A stretch of 64,000 nt of DNA from a virus (Duplodnaviria > Heunggongvirae > Uroviricota > Caudoviricetes). A program made the translations under genes and the position numbers. The stretch covers positions 331,001 to 395,000 of the IMG/VR virus record IMGVR_UViG_3300021387_000463. One strand, written 5' to 3'. Within the stretch, counting starts at the first letter, position 1. Every line of letters starts with the position of its first letter. Shown piece after piece: positions 20,601-29,121 of this stretch. Under the pieces are notes generated by a model. That model saw only the letters and a program-made list of their open reading frames with translations. It ran no database searches and was not told where the DNA came from.

Positions 20601-23600
20601 GAGGTAACTGCTAAAAGTATAAACAGTTGCTTCATATCTGAAATTTTCCCTTATAAGGGTAAGGAAATTAACCACCGTGATTCTCTACTTAACAAAGATG
20701 ATTTCAGTGCAATAGAATTCTTGATGGGTATCGATTGTATCGATTATGACTATTTAAGACAGAATGGTGGTTTCAATAGAATATTGTATGGCACTAATGC
20801 ATTTGTATATACACCTAGACTTGTTGTTCTTCAATTAGGAGCTATTCTAGCAACTGAGTGCGGAAATGACTTAAATCATGTAATAGATGTAAACGCCATT
20901 TCTTGTGGACTTCCTGGTAATTTGAAACAAATTGTATTACAGTATTTGAATACCATCAGCATATATTCAAGAATGGCGTTAATTAAGTATTACCGTGATT
21001 GGGAAAATACTGAGTTTAAAGATATTAAGGCTCAATTAACTGGAAATAATAAAAACGCTAATATTGCTGCAAGATACTATAAGAAAGAACAAAGTGCTCA
21101 ACATACTAGAGTACTATTGTATGAAGGTTCTAGTTTTGTTACTAAGCTTACAAATGGGTTAATGTTGCCAGTATTAGTTGTACATGGTAATGTTAATCAC
21201 TTTACTTGTGAAAAAGATACCCCAAAAGACTACGGTAGATTCACTCTTCCTAAGAGTGTTTACGCAGTAACCAACGATGTCTATAAGAACTATCTAAATG
21301 CCTTTGTGGATGAGCTTAACAGAATCCTAGAGGTTGACTATGAGAAGGATGAAAATGGAAACATGGTTAGAAGGGCAAGGAACGCTTGCAACACCTCTAA
21401 CGAAATGAGAATGGAGCTATACCGTTACTTGAAGCAAGTATACGACAAGTGGATACCTTCGGCAAAAGAGAGTGATTGGAACTTCAAAAACTTCTTTGAA
21501 GATGAAGGAGGAAAAGGCGATTATAGGTTCTATTTCATCGATTCTTACTACAATAAGATTGGTGATAAGTTGTTGATAAATCCAAGAGAACTTACTAGAA
21601 GACTTGACACTGCTAGGGATAACTCAGATATTGGCTCTTCTGTATATTCATTGTTAGGATGGATATATGGAGATAATCGTTGTATGTTTAAGTGTATTCA
21701 GAATTTTGCTGATTTCTCAAATGGTGACGGAATCTATGATGTGTTTAATCCACTGCCTTATTCAACAGCTTTCTCAAACTTAAGACAAGGCTCTGACTTT
21801 GTTGTTGTATATACATACGAACCTTCAAAGTATCTTGATTTGAATAGTAGTGAATATACTGATGATGGATTCATGCTTAATGATGAACTTCAATGTCCAG
21901 TATCAATTACATCTAGAGGAAATGGGAATGGATATTATAAGATTCCAGCATTCGGTGTAACATATGGAAGACAATATCAAAGCTATTTCAAGAACATTTC
22001 ATTGGACACTAAGAATGCAATTCAAACCCAGCAAGCTATATTTGCAAAACATGCAATCTTGAATGGTAAAACAAGTAATAACAAGTTTGGTGTAAGTGGA
22101 CAAGATTTGTTCGACATCTATACAACGCAATCATACACTTGTACGGTTGACATGATGGGATGTGCATGGATACAGCCAATGATGTACTTTGTACTTCTTA
22201 ATGTGCCAATGTTCAGAGGCTCTTATATGATTATGAAGGTTCATCATAAGATAGTACCAGGAGACATGACAACAACATTTACTGGTTGTCGTATGTCAAA
22301 CTGTGCAAATAAGTTCGTACAAGACATATTCATCAGTTCTGAAGGTGATGAAACACAATTCACAACAGATGATAACAACTTTACACGTGAGAATGACCTT
22401 GCAAACGTTGACAATGATTGTCCATATGCAGTTTATCCTATATTTCAAGGTGATGGTACTTTATCTGGAGATATGCTACAAAAAGGTAAAGAATTGATGG
22501 ATAAATTAATCGCAAGAGGGTTCAATAAGATTGCATCTGCTGGTATTGTTGGTAATATGCGACAAGAATGTGGTGGAAAATTTGATTACGCTTCTGCTGT
22601 GGTTGACTCTGATAATTTTATCGCAGGAGGCTTGTGTGGATGGAATGATAGATATGGTAATTTGACGCATTTATTAGAAAAGAATTCTACAAACTTTGGA
22701 CAAGCACCAGTTGTGCAAATAGCAAGTAAGTTAGGAATTACTAGCGTTATAAATAAATTAAAGAATATTGGCGTTGATTATCAAATACAGTTCTTGGATG
22801 AAACTATTGGACAAGTAACTGAAAGAGCACCAAAATATAAAGGTGAACGAGTACCATTATATTCAAAAGCTAAAATAAATGCTTGTACAAGTCCAGAGCA
22901 AGCTGCTGAAAGCTTTAGGGCTGCATATGAACGTGGAAGTAATTCAAATGATAGGCAAAACTACGCTAAACAATTCTACGATGCATATGATACAACTACA
23001 GTACCGCAATCTGAAGAAGCAACAAAGGTGAACGAGGACATTTACCCATTGTTCTATAATGCGGTTAAGCAGACTTGTGAGAATACGGCATCAATGAGAT
23101 TTACACCAAAGGAGGAATATTTCAAGAATACTGATGCCAAGGGTAATGAAACCAAGGTATTGATGATGTCTACGGATGCAAACAACACACCTAAGTTGGC
23201 AAAGTTATTCGACTGTATATTGAACACACCAGAGTACTTTAAGTACGTAACTAATTTGTATTGGGTTTATGAGAATGACCCTAAGACAATTGTACGTGTT
23301 GATGTTAAACTTTCAAATAAGGAAGTTGCAACAAATAATCAACATGTTTGGTGGTATAGAAAGGGTACAAGGGCTGAAAATAAAAATGCAAAGGCTGAGA
23401 GTGAACGACTATTGGTTGATAACTTAAGTGAAGATGCTAAGAGGTCACTTGGTAAACGTTATAATAGTGATGGTGGAAAGAATTTCAAGACTCTTGTTCC
23501 AGAACTCGAAGACCCACAGAATTTAACTGATTACAAACCAACCAATTGTGCAAGCGTCGGTAATAGTGGTACTGCTAATAGCTCTTCAGTAGCTGGACCA

Positions 23601-24119
23601 TTTAACACAAAGTCATGGGCTGTTGATACATTTGTTCAAAACTTACATTATTGGCAAGATAGAATTTGTGAAAATAATGGTACTGGTGGAAGTAAAGCAA
23701 GAAAACCAGTTAAATCTTGGAATTTACCTAACTCTTATGGAAGAACCAAGAATGGATGTGATTGGTGTACGTCTGTTATTAACAGAGCCTTGAGAGACAC
23801 TGGATATGGACAAAAGTATTGTGGTGAAGAACCTTGGGATGTTTACGCAAAGATGAAAGCAAGTAATTCTGATTTCGTTGAAGCAGCATCTGGACAATGT
23901 TCAAATAAGGTTGATGACTTTAATTTTGGAAGTGCTACAATATCAAAGGGTGACGTTTGCGTTATGTGGACTTTGCCACCAAATCCTAAGAAGTTGCATA
24001 GGCATACTTGCGCTTTTGATGGTAGCCATTGGATTTCAGACTTTGTACAGCAAAGATGTAACGTTTACCGTTCAGCAAGCGAATGCAGAATGGAGTATCA
24101 TCTATTTAAACACAAATAA
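17694..24119 (+). CDS. baseplate hub / tail-associated lysin (phage tail lysozyme + CHAP/NlpC-like amidase)
   Basis: N-terminal hub-like (IQFTDVRG..YPKFNITVKGFYG; YTCTVDMMG..IQPMMYF..GSYMIMKVHH); ASAGIVGNMRQE..GLCGWN..QIQFL..SPEQAA..YER lysozyme; C-terminal WCTSVINRAL..HRHTCAFDG.WISDF. Confidence 0.75.
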   Translation: MATQTGPHSSVQYVEPNRYDDISTFKKGISVNGEQFEKIIDPENYCIGVSLTTSLCNRGFQVTDDKTAVTLNCDMTNSGSKVSFMSGRLIKTVNYDNEIPYLTTDYADMYITDLQDFGTTEMIGIKSINIDFENAVLPVITIQFTDVRGMSLFTPKELSRLKDVPRGGDVTKDNVAQFFFQCFFKFPYPKFNITVKGFYGRPVSYEVTCDKFETNFNSETGNFDVTARFIGYKYSFLTDISLELLEAAPYCDFLGKDYWEEKKQKDFQVTNVYGAKVPMPTLVEIRNKIKDILTNGDLEQTETTITEEDNTHDEERRSLEEIKKTYYSWYEQLIQEANKKYGEKHVFIYKNEDGDYQRVIILIPSDYASNDMSQDYQQMLETQKVNNDLCALIKKYNEAYGQGNKLDEISEDFKGYVKAPLFNDLTTKDTFNGLVENCKIPEYIVERIMLGKNKEATLETVFNNGNPPQYTHCFDIDVDYSTIQSRINSLTEDANKSYLQKRKEKEIHNKNIKLIGELGFNPTVSNVTKIIMAHLETLMHMIYNVTDAIKNDSSRTPSAWGISCGKDGTCPDIDCDTTRIPPFPRVTEQVEDSGTKKQQDMWIGKLDKDSIKEVDLVETFFNAIEEIDRLITETDRKIEETKEARQEAAKGEERCVVKYPTTSFDFFLNSKLYGNDVVEDIDKLSGAISLRMFSVLCLNFYANQCGKNVWKNKAAQLGRVEAHNFVDSVNVETNPKLRDWIRLGTGELNADNIIKTIQSKEGKYPWSFDSGNPTAKPLFDSSAWLSRYQCNPLNVTAEHGYSYMYPVQNISFDKIKENYGIFSNGDSQDSKDVLMSCPSVEINSIDITSYNCHNSLIIENNVNKVKDMLDKAMSESVSSYTEVTNALSGKTTLEEAIEGYYSKIFKTEGLSSFCKKNGVKKGDDIVNYRKDSDEAFFVFLKDKKIVLTDKDSSVTYTSTPEDLEQYFNNEVTAKSINSCFISEIFPYKGKEINHRDSLLNKDDFSAIEFLMGIDCIDYDYLRQNGGFNRILYGTNAFVYTPRLVVLQLGAILATECGNDLNHVIDVNAISCGLPGNLKQIVLQYLNTISIYSRMALIKYYRDWENTEFKDIKAQLTGNNKNANIAARYYKKEQSAQHTRVLLYEGSSFVTKLTNGLMLPVLVVHGNVNHFTCEKDTPKDYGRFTLPKSVYAVTNDVYKNYLNAFVDELNRILEVDYEKDENGNMVRRARNACNTSNEMRMELYRYLKQVYDKWIPSAKESDWNFKNFFEDEGGKGDYRFYFIDSYYNKIGDKLLINPRELTRRLDTARDNSDIGSSVYSLLGWIYGDNRCMFKCIQNFADFSNGDGIYDVFNPLPYSTAFSNLRQGSDFVVVYTYEPSKYLDLNSSEYTDDGFMLNDELQCPVSITSRGNGNGYYKIPAFGVTYGRQYQSYFKNISLDTKNAIQTQQAIFAKHAILNGKTSNNKFGVSGQDLFDIYTTQSYTCTVDMMGCAWIQPMMYFVLLNVPMFRGSYMIMKVHHKIVPGDMTTTFTGCRMSNCANKFVQDIFISSEGDETQFTTDDNNFTRENDLANVDNDCPYAVYPIFQGDGTLSGDMLQKGKELMDKLIARGFNKIASAGIVGNMRQECGGKFDYASAVVDSDNFIAGGLCGWNDRYGNLTHLLEKNSTNFGQAPVVQIASKLGITSVINKLKNIGVDYQIQFLDETIGQVTERAPKYKGERVPLYSKAKINACTSPEQAAESFRAAYERGSNSNDRQNYAKQFYDAYDTTTVPQSEEATKVNEDIYPLFYNAVKQTCENTASMRFTPKEEYFKNTDAKGNETKVLMMSTDANNTPKLAKLFDCILNTPEYFKYVTNLYWVYENDPKTIVRVDVKLSNKEVATNNQHVWWYRKGTRAENKNAKAESERLLVDNLSEDAKRSLGKRYNSDGGKNFKTLVPELEDPQNLTDYKPTNCASVGNSGTANSSSVAGPFNTKSWAVDTFVQNLHYWQDRICENNGTGGSKARKPVKSWNLPNSYGRTKNGCDWCTSVINRALRDTGYGQKYCGEEPWDVYAKMKASNSDFVEAASGQCSNKVDDFNFGSATISKGDVCVMWTLPPNPKKLHRHTCAFDGSHWISDFVQQRCNVYRSASECRMEYHLFKHK

Positions 24120-24120
24120 T

Positions 24121-24152
24121 TTTGGAATTTTAACATTTTTTATATATCTTTG
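24121..24152 (+). promoter_or_regulatory. Bacteroidetes-type promoter
   Basis: TTTG-N20-TATCTTTG. Confidence 0.8.
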
Positions 24153-24173
24153 CATATATTGATAAAAATTGTT

Positions 24174-24761
24174 ATGATTTTAGGTTATATTGTTACGGAT
24201 AGAAAGCTTACAAACATAGATGGCTTTGTGGAGCAAGTTAATGACATTTCATTGGCAGACCCCACAAAGCCTATACTCATTGTGGGTTGGAAGAAAGCAA
24301 AGAAAGACCCAAGGTATAAGTCAATTTTGGACAAACAACTTGATGAGAACGTTTTTTGGACGTTCAGTAAGACCGAGAGCCGTTCTGATTTTGAGGACGA
24401 TTTGAAAATTTTCTATAATATTATATATAATAATATATTAAATAATATAAATTATTATTATATTAATATATTTAAGTTAAAATATAATAATATAAAGAAA
24501 TTATATAATATTATATTAAATTCTGAAGAAAATAAAGATATTTATTTAAGTAAGAATATTTTGTATATTCCACACAAGGGGAGAATCTTGGGGTTATCCC
24601 TCGCTGTGTTGGAATATTGTGGTATACCAATGAATAAGGTTCTTGATAAGATTAAATCGAAAGGAATCAACATCATTGAGGATAACAAGAAGTTTATATT
24701 CAAGTTATCAAAACAGCTTGGAAATAAGAAGTATGCAGTACCATACTTTATATCTAGATGA
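24174..24761 (+). CDS. hypothetical protein containing an extreme AT tract
   Basis: ORF from ATG 24174 after promoter; PILIVGW motif. Confidence 0.7.
   Translation: MILGYIVTDRKLTNIDGFVEQVNDISLADPTKPILIVGWKKAKKDPRYKSILDKQLDENVFWTFSKTESRSDFEDDLKIFYNIIYNNILNNINYYYINIFKLKYNNIKKLYNIILNSEENKDIYLSKNILYIPHKGRILGLSLAVLEYCGIPMNKVLDKIKSKGINIIEDNKKFIFKLSKQLGNKKYAVPYFISR
24414..24522. repeat. 109-bp AT tract (only two G, no C) with TATAATATTATA palindromes
   Basis: Direct reading; palindromes at 24414-24425 and 24503-24516. Confidence 0.85.
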
Positions 24762-24772
24762 AACAATAAATA

Positions 24773-25180
24773 ATGACAGGACGTGGAATAATAATAGGAA
24801 CATTTGTAAAGAAAAACAAGATTTTATCATTTATAGAAACTCTCAAGAATGAATTTGGTATCAAGCTTGAGAAGTTATTTATTTATTCAATTGATACAAA
24901 CAAACGTGAATACCTAGTTACTTTCAAGACTTTTGATAAAGAGAGATTTATCAAGAATCTTGGGAATGCTACTGTCATGCATGTTAAGAATGGTTGCCTA
25001 TTTTCCATCAATGCCCTCAACAAGTTGATTGAGAAAGATAATGAAGGTTCTGACTTACCAAACAATGAATTCGTTGTCGATTGGAATAAATACAAAGACA
25101 AGCTTATAATCATAACAAATGGTGAACTTTCTATCTCAAATCTCTCCAAAATAGAGGATAAATCGTTATTTTTCAACTAA
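24773..25180 (+). CDS. hypothetical protein
   Basis: 135-aa ORF, LFSINALNKLI..VDWNKY motif. Confidence 0.75.
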   Translation: MTGRGIIIGTFVKKNKILSFIETLKNEFGIKLEKLFIYSIDTNKREYLVTFKTFDKERFIKNLGNATVMHVKNGCLFSINALNKLIEKDNEGSDLPNNEFVVDWNKYKDKLIIITNGELSISNLSKIEDKSLFFN

Positions 25181-25184
25181 TGAG

Positions 25185-25193
25185 ATATTTATA
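25185..25193 (+). promoter_or_regulatory. putative late promoter ATATTTATA
   Basis: About 20 nt upstream of ATG 25213. Confidence 0.55.
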
Positions 25194-25212
25194 GTAAATA
25201 AATTAATAGAGT

Positions 25213-25458
25213 ATGGGAAAGTTTATTATAAAACATATAAACAGTGTAAAGCCTCAAAAAAAGGTTGAAAATAATATAAGAGAAAATAAGGAAGTTATGA
25301 CTACAAGCGAGAAGATAGCAATGGCACAGAGCGTACTTAGTGGCGCAGACGTAGCAGCTCCAGTAAAGAGAGTTAAGAAGGACAAGGGTCTTATCGAGAG
25401 AACCGAGAGCTCAAAGACCATTTTAACTGAAGACAATAAAGAACTTTTGAACGATTAA
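25213..25458 (+). CDS. hypothetical late protein
   Basis: 81 aa; KGLIERTE..ILTEDNKELL. Confidence 0.7.
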   Translation: MGKFIIKHINSVKPQKKVENNIRENKEVMTTSEKIAMAQSVLSGADVAAPVKRVKKDKGLIERTESSKTILTEDNKELLND

Positions 25459-25465
25459 TATAACA

Positions 25466-26338
25466 ATGGCAACTAACGTTAAGTATCTTAAGGAAAATAA
25501 TTTATATGAGGCACATAAGCACTTTATGCGTCTTAGTGAAGCATATATACCAACATCGTTCCCAGAGGAAGAAATCGAGGAAGCTGGTGCTGACCAAAAC
25601 CAAGACCCTAATGCAATGGGAGGTCAAGACCCTATGATGGGAGGAGACCCTAACGCAATGGGTGGTGGTGCTAGCCCTATGGGTGGTGGTATGCCTCAAG
25701 ACCCAAATGCTATGGGTGGTGCTGACCCTAACGCTATGGGAGGAGACCCAAATGCAATGGGAGGCGCAGACCCTATGGCTAGTGCTGACCCAAATTCAGG
25801 GGCTGACCCAATGGCTGACCCTATGGGTGGTGATATGGGTGGTGAAGACCCTTTGGCTGACGCTAGTGGTGATATGAGTGAGGAAGATGGCGAGACAATT
25901 GACATCGATGGTTTGACCCAAGCACAAGATAAACTTAATGTTAAGCAGAACCATATCGGAAGAGATTTGTCAAAAGTCGATACAAGAATCACATCGTTGA
26001 TTGATACTATCAATAACCTTTTGTCAAAGGTTGATAGCAACAACAGTGAGATTGAAGCATTAAAGGCTGAGTTTGAGAAGAGAAATCCAACCCAGACTGA
26101 GAAGCTTAACCTACGCTCACTCGATTCTTATCCATTTAATATCAAGCCAAATGAGTATTGGGATGAAAAGGCAAAGCAAGGTGGATATGAGGCATACTCA
26201 GACAATGCAGAGCCTACAACCAAGGAATATACAATCACCAATGATGACGTAGATAATCCATCTGATGACATCGCAAAGACATTCTTCAAGATTGATGATG
26301 ATGATGTCCAGACACTTGACAAACTATTCAATTTCTAA
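25466..26338 (+). CDS. putative prohead core/scaffold-like protein with GGDPNAM repeats
   Basis: LxE sites near N-terminus, G/D/P/M repeat linker, coiled coil, LRSLDSYPFN; function inferred. Confidence 0.6.
   Translation: MATNVKYLKENNLYEAHKHFMRLSEAYIPTSFPEEEIEEAGADQNQDPNAMGGQDPMMGGDPNAMGGGASPMGGGMPQDPNAMGGADPNAMGGDPNAMGGADPMASADPNSGADPMADPMGGDMGGEDPLADASGDMSEEDGETIDIDGLTQAQDKLNVKQNHIGRDLSKVDTRITSLIDTINNLLSKVDSNNSEIEALKAEFEKRNPTQTEKLNLRSLDSYPFNIKPNEYWDEKAKQGGYEAYSDNAEPTTKEYTITNDDVDNPSDDIAKTFFKIDDDDVQTLDKLFNF
25590..25870 (+). repeat. in-frame tandem repeats encoding (G)G(A/Q)DPNAM
   Basis: About ten degenerate DPxxM/DPxA units. Confidence 0.8.
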
Positions 26339-26577
26339 TGAAAACAGTTAATTTAAGCGAGGAAGCATACAAGAAACTCATCAATGAGATTGGCTATGGC
26401 AATGATGATTTGGGGAATTTACGCAATGAATTAAAATATAGTATTGGTGATGCCTCACAAGTCATCAGAGACCATTTTATAATGTGCGAAAGACTTAATC
26501 AAGAACCTAATCCATATGTGGCTGATATAGCCAAACATATACAAGAAATAGAACAATTACTTAATAATTTACAGTAG
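26338..26577 (+). CDS. small protein with MKTVNLSEE..KLINE leader
   Basis: 79 aa, TAATG overlap with previous gene. Confidence 0.7.
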   Translation: MKTVNLSEEAYKKLINEIGYGNDDLGNLRNELKYSIGDASQVIRDHFIMCERLNQEPNPYVADIAKHIQEIEQLLNNLQ

Positions 26578-26578
26578 T

Positions 26579-26866
26579 ATGAAAAAGATTATAAGACTTA
26601 CAGAATCAGAACTTAGAAATATAGTTGAGGAGTCAACAAAGAGGATTATCAAAGAGGCTGAGAGTGGTGGTTGGGTAGTTGATTCATCCGAAGCTCAAGA
26701 GGCATATGATTTAGCTGTTCAAGAAATGGGTGAGGAAACCATTAACAGTGCAATTGTAAGAAGCCTTGGCGATGAAGTATTGGCACAATGTCTTGCTTAT
26801 ATCTTTAGGCAATATGATTTCAGACAATGGCAAAGTCGTTTTGACAGTCAAGATGAAATGATTTAA
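26579..26866 (+). CDS. small protein with MKKIIRLTESELRNIVEES leader
   Basis: 95-aa ORF. Confidence 0.75.
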   Translation: MKKIIRLTESELRNIVEESTKRIIKEAESGGWVVDSSEAQEAYDLAVQEMGEETINSAIVRSLGDEVLAQCLAYIFRQYDFRQWQSRFDSQDEMI

Positions 26867-26876
26867 AAGAAATAGG

Positions 26877-26918
26877 ATTCTCCAGTTATGAAAAAAAGTG
26901 AATATAACTGGAGAATTT
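26877..26918 (+). terminator. hairpin / probable terminator
   Basis: ATTCTCCAGTTAT...ATAACTGGAGAAT 13-bp stem. Confidence 0.6.
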
Positions 26919-26929
26919 ATATCAATTTT

Positions 26930-26961
26930 CTTGTTTTTTTCGATTTTTTTTTATATCTTTG
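26930..26961 (+). promoter_or_regulatory. Bacteroidetes-type promoter
   Basis: CTTG-N20-TATCTTTG upstream of SSB. Confidence 0.75.
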
Positions 26962-27025
26962 CAATATAATTTAAGCATGTGTTAGACATGCATTTTAAAT
27001 AATTTTTTTAATAACAATTTTAATT

Positions 27026-28024
27026 ATGGGTAACAAAAATTTTAGCGTTAACATTGATGATGACGCAGTTAGGAATCAGTATGAACAAGAACAGAAGCAA
27101 CCTGTTAAGAAAACTCAGTTTGACACTAAGAATTATTTACAAGCTAGGCTTGGGTCAAACGAAGACACAAAGACACTTACAATCAGATTATTGCCATTCT
27201 CCCCAGAAGGTGGTAGTCCATTCAAGAAAGTTTTTATGCATACCGTTAAGGTAAACAAGGAGGTTTCACCTAGTGGGTGGAAGACTTTCGTGTGCCCAAC
27301 ACACAACAAGAAAGATGGCTCTGTAATGGGTGATAAATGTCCATTCTGTGAGACATCTGCAAAGGCACGTGAGCTTAAGTCTAAGTCACTTGATGAACCT
27401 ACAAAGAAAAAGTACGGTGATGTGGAATTCCTTAATCGTGTTAAGGAAATGTGGATTGTGCGTTGTATAGAGCGTGACCACGAGGAAGATGGAGTTAAGT
27501 TTTGGCTCTTCAACAGCTCAAAGAAGAAGGACGGAGTTTATGACAAGATTATGAACTTGGCAAAGATTCGTTCTGAGGCAGCAGCAAAGAAGGGAAATAC
27601 CTACAGCATATTCGACCTTAACAATGGACTTGATTTGGTTGTAACCCTCTCAAGAACCTCAGACAATAAGACAGCAGTTCAGATTATTGATGCTGGTCTT
27701 CCTTCGCCACTTTCAGAGAATTTCGACCTTGGCGAGAAGTGGATTCACGACAGCAAGAAGTGGGATGAGGTATACACTGTTAAGCCTTATGAGTACATGG
27801 CAATTATCGCAATGGGTGGTGTTCCAGTATTTAGTAAGGAAGAGAATAAGTATGTTGACAAGGAAGAGCTTGATAAACTTAAGGAAGAGGCTGAAAAGCA
27901 GAGAATTGACGAAGCTCTCACAGAACCAACAAAAGATTTCTCTGATATTGCAGAATCTAGCGGTGTGAATATAATTGATGGTAATGACGTTAAAGATGAC
28001 GATGACGAAGACTTACCATTCTAA
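27026..28024 (+). CDS. single-stranded DNA-binding protein (T4 gp32-like)
   Basis: IRLLP..PF..H..FVCP..KCPFCE Zn motif, acidic C-terminal DDDDEDLPF. Confidence 0.85.
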   Translation: MGNKNFSVNIDDDAVRNQYEQEQKQPVKKTQFDTKNYLQARLGSNEDTKTLTIRLLPFSPEGGSPFKKVFMHTVKVNKEVSPSGWKTFVCPTHNKKDGSVMGDKCPFCETSAKARELKSKSLDEPTKKKYGDVEFLNRVKEMWIVRCIERDHEEDGVKFWLFNSSKKKDGVYDKIMNLAKIRSEAAAKKGNTYSIFDLNNGLDLVVTLSRTSDNKTAVQIIDAGLPSPLSENFDLGEKWIHDSKKWDEVYTVKPYEYMAIIAMGGVPVFSKEENKYVDKEELDKLKEEAEKQRIDEALTEPTKDFSDIAESSGVNIIDGNDVKDDDDEDLPF

Positions 28025-28045
28025 GTAGGCAATGTTACGATTAAT

Positions 28046-28672
28046 ATGAACAAACTATTTTATTACTATGGCTCAATGGCTTCAGCTAAAACACTGAGGC
28101 TATTGAGCACAGCTTACAACTTTGAGGAAAAAGGTGTACAAATAATGGTACTTAAGCCATCGTTGGATACAAGAGACGGTGAAGGAGTTATCCGTTCACG
28201 TGCTGGTCTTGAGCGTAAGTGTATCATGATTGACAACGAGATTAACTTATACAAGGCTATAAAGGCATATAAGAACGTTCTAAATGCACAATTTGAAACT
28301 CTTAAGTGGGTTATAATCGATGAGTGCCAATTCCTTACCGAAGAACAAGTAGACCAACTATCAGATGTTGTAGATTTTTTAGGAATTAATGTAATGTGCT
28401 TTGGACTTAGAACAGATTTCCAATCAAAGCTATTTCCAGGTTCTAAACGACTTTTTGAACTTGCAGATGACATAGAAGAGATTAAGTCAACTTGTGAGTG
28501 CGGAGACAGAAAAACCTCAATCAATGCTAGATTTGATGAAAATGGTGAAATTATCACTGAAGGTAGTCAAGTCATGATTGGTGGTAATGACAAGTACAGA
28601 GCCATTTGCAGAAAATGTTGGAAAGACAAAGTAAGAGATAAATTGTTGAAGGAAAATGAAACTAAAGCGTGA
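28046..28672 (+). CDS. tdk: thymidine kinase
   Basis: YGSMASAKT, IIDECQFL, FGLRTDF, CECG..IGGNDKYRAICRKC. Confidence 0.95.
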   Translation: MNKLFYYYGSMASAKTLRLLSTAYNFEEKGVQIMVLKPSLDTRDGEGVIRSRAGLERKCIMIDNEINLYKAIKAYKNVLNAQFETLKWVIIDECQFLTEEQVDQLSDVVDFLGINVMCFGLRTDFQSKLFPGSKRLFELADDIEEIKSTCECGDRKTSINARFDENGEIITEGSQVMIGGNDKYRAICRKCWKDKVRDKLLKENETKA

Positions 28673-28865
28673 TTTTAAGGTTGGGACACCCATTCAATTC
28701 AAGTGGTACGATAATTGGAAAGATGAGCTTGAAAATCCAACTAATTTTAAGGTTTTAGAAGGTACTGTTGATTCAAACACAGCAATGGATGAAGTGATAG
28801 TATATAACGAGCATGATAGAATGTTTTATGCTGTTAGAAATGAATATATTTTAAAAGAGTTTTAA
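28656..28865 (+). CDS. hypothetical protein
   Basis: 69-aa ORF in operon. Confidence 0.6.
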   Translation: MKLKRDFKVGTPIQFKWYDNWKDELENPTNFKVLEGTVDSNTAMDEVIVYNEHDRMFYAVRNEYILKEF

Positions 28866-28868
28866 GTT

Positions 28869-29096
28869 ATGAAATTATTAAGAAAGTATGATATAGGAGA
28901 TAATATTTCATATACATTTTATGGTGCTAAAAAAAAAGGCAAAATCAGAGAAATCCGACACCCATTTCAATACGAAATTGAAGAAGTTTTTGATGATATA
29001 ACAGTTGATGATTTATTATATGTAATTGAAACAAATGAAAGGGATGAAGATGGTATAATAGTTGATAATATGATATTAGAATATAATATATTATGA
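28869..29096 (+). CDS. hypothetical protein
   Basis: 75-aa ORF in operon, KYDIGD SH3-like start. Confidence 0.6.
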   Translation: MKLLRKYDIGDNISYTFYGAKKKGKIREIRHPFQYEIEEVFDDITVDDLLYVIETNERDEDGIIVDNMILEYNIL

Positions 29097-29121
29097 ATAA
29101 TTTCGAAAATATTATTAAGTT

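Noticed and set aside
11182-23000. Many antisense and nested ORFs (e.g. 11595..12086, 12198..12761, 19292..19717)
   Set aside because: Shadows of long real genes, Ser/Leu/Phe-rich, no independent signals
25590-25870. Tandem repeats as a CRISPR-like or DGR element
   Set aside because: In-frame, synonymously degenerate coding repeats without unique spacers or a reverse transcriptase
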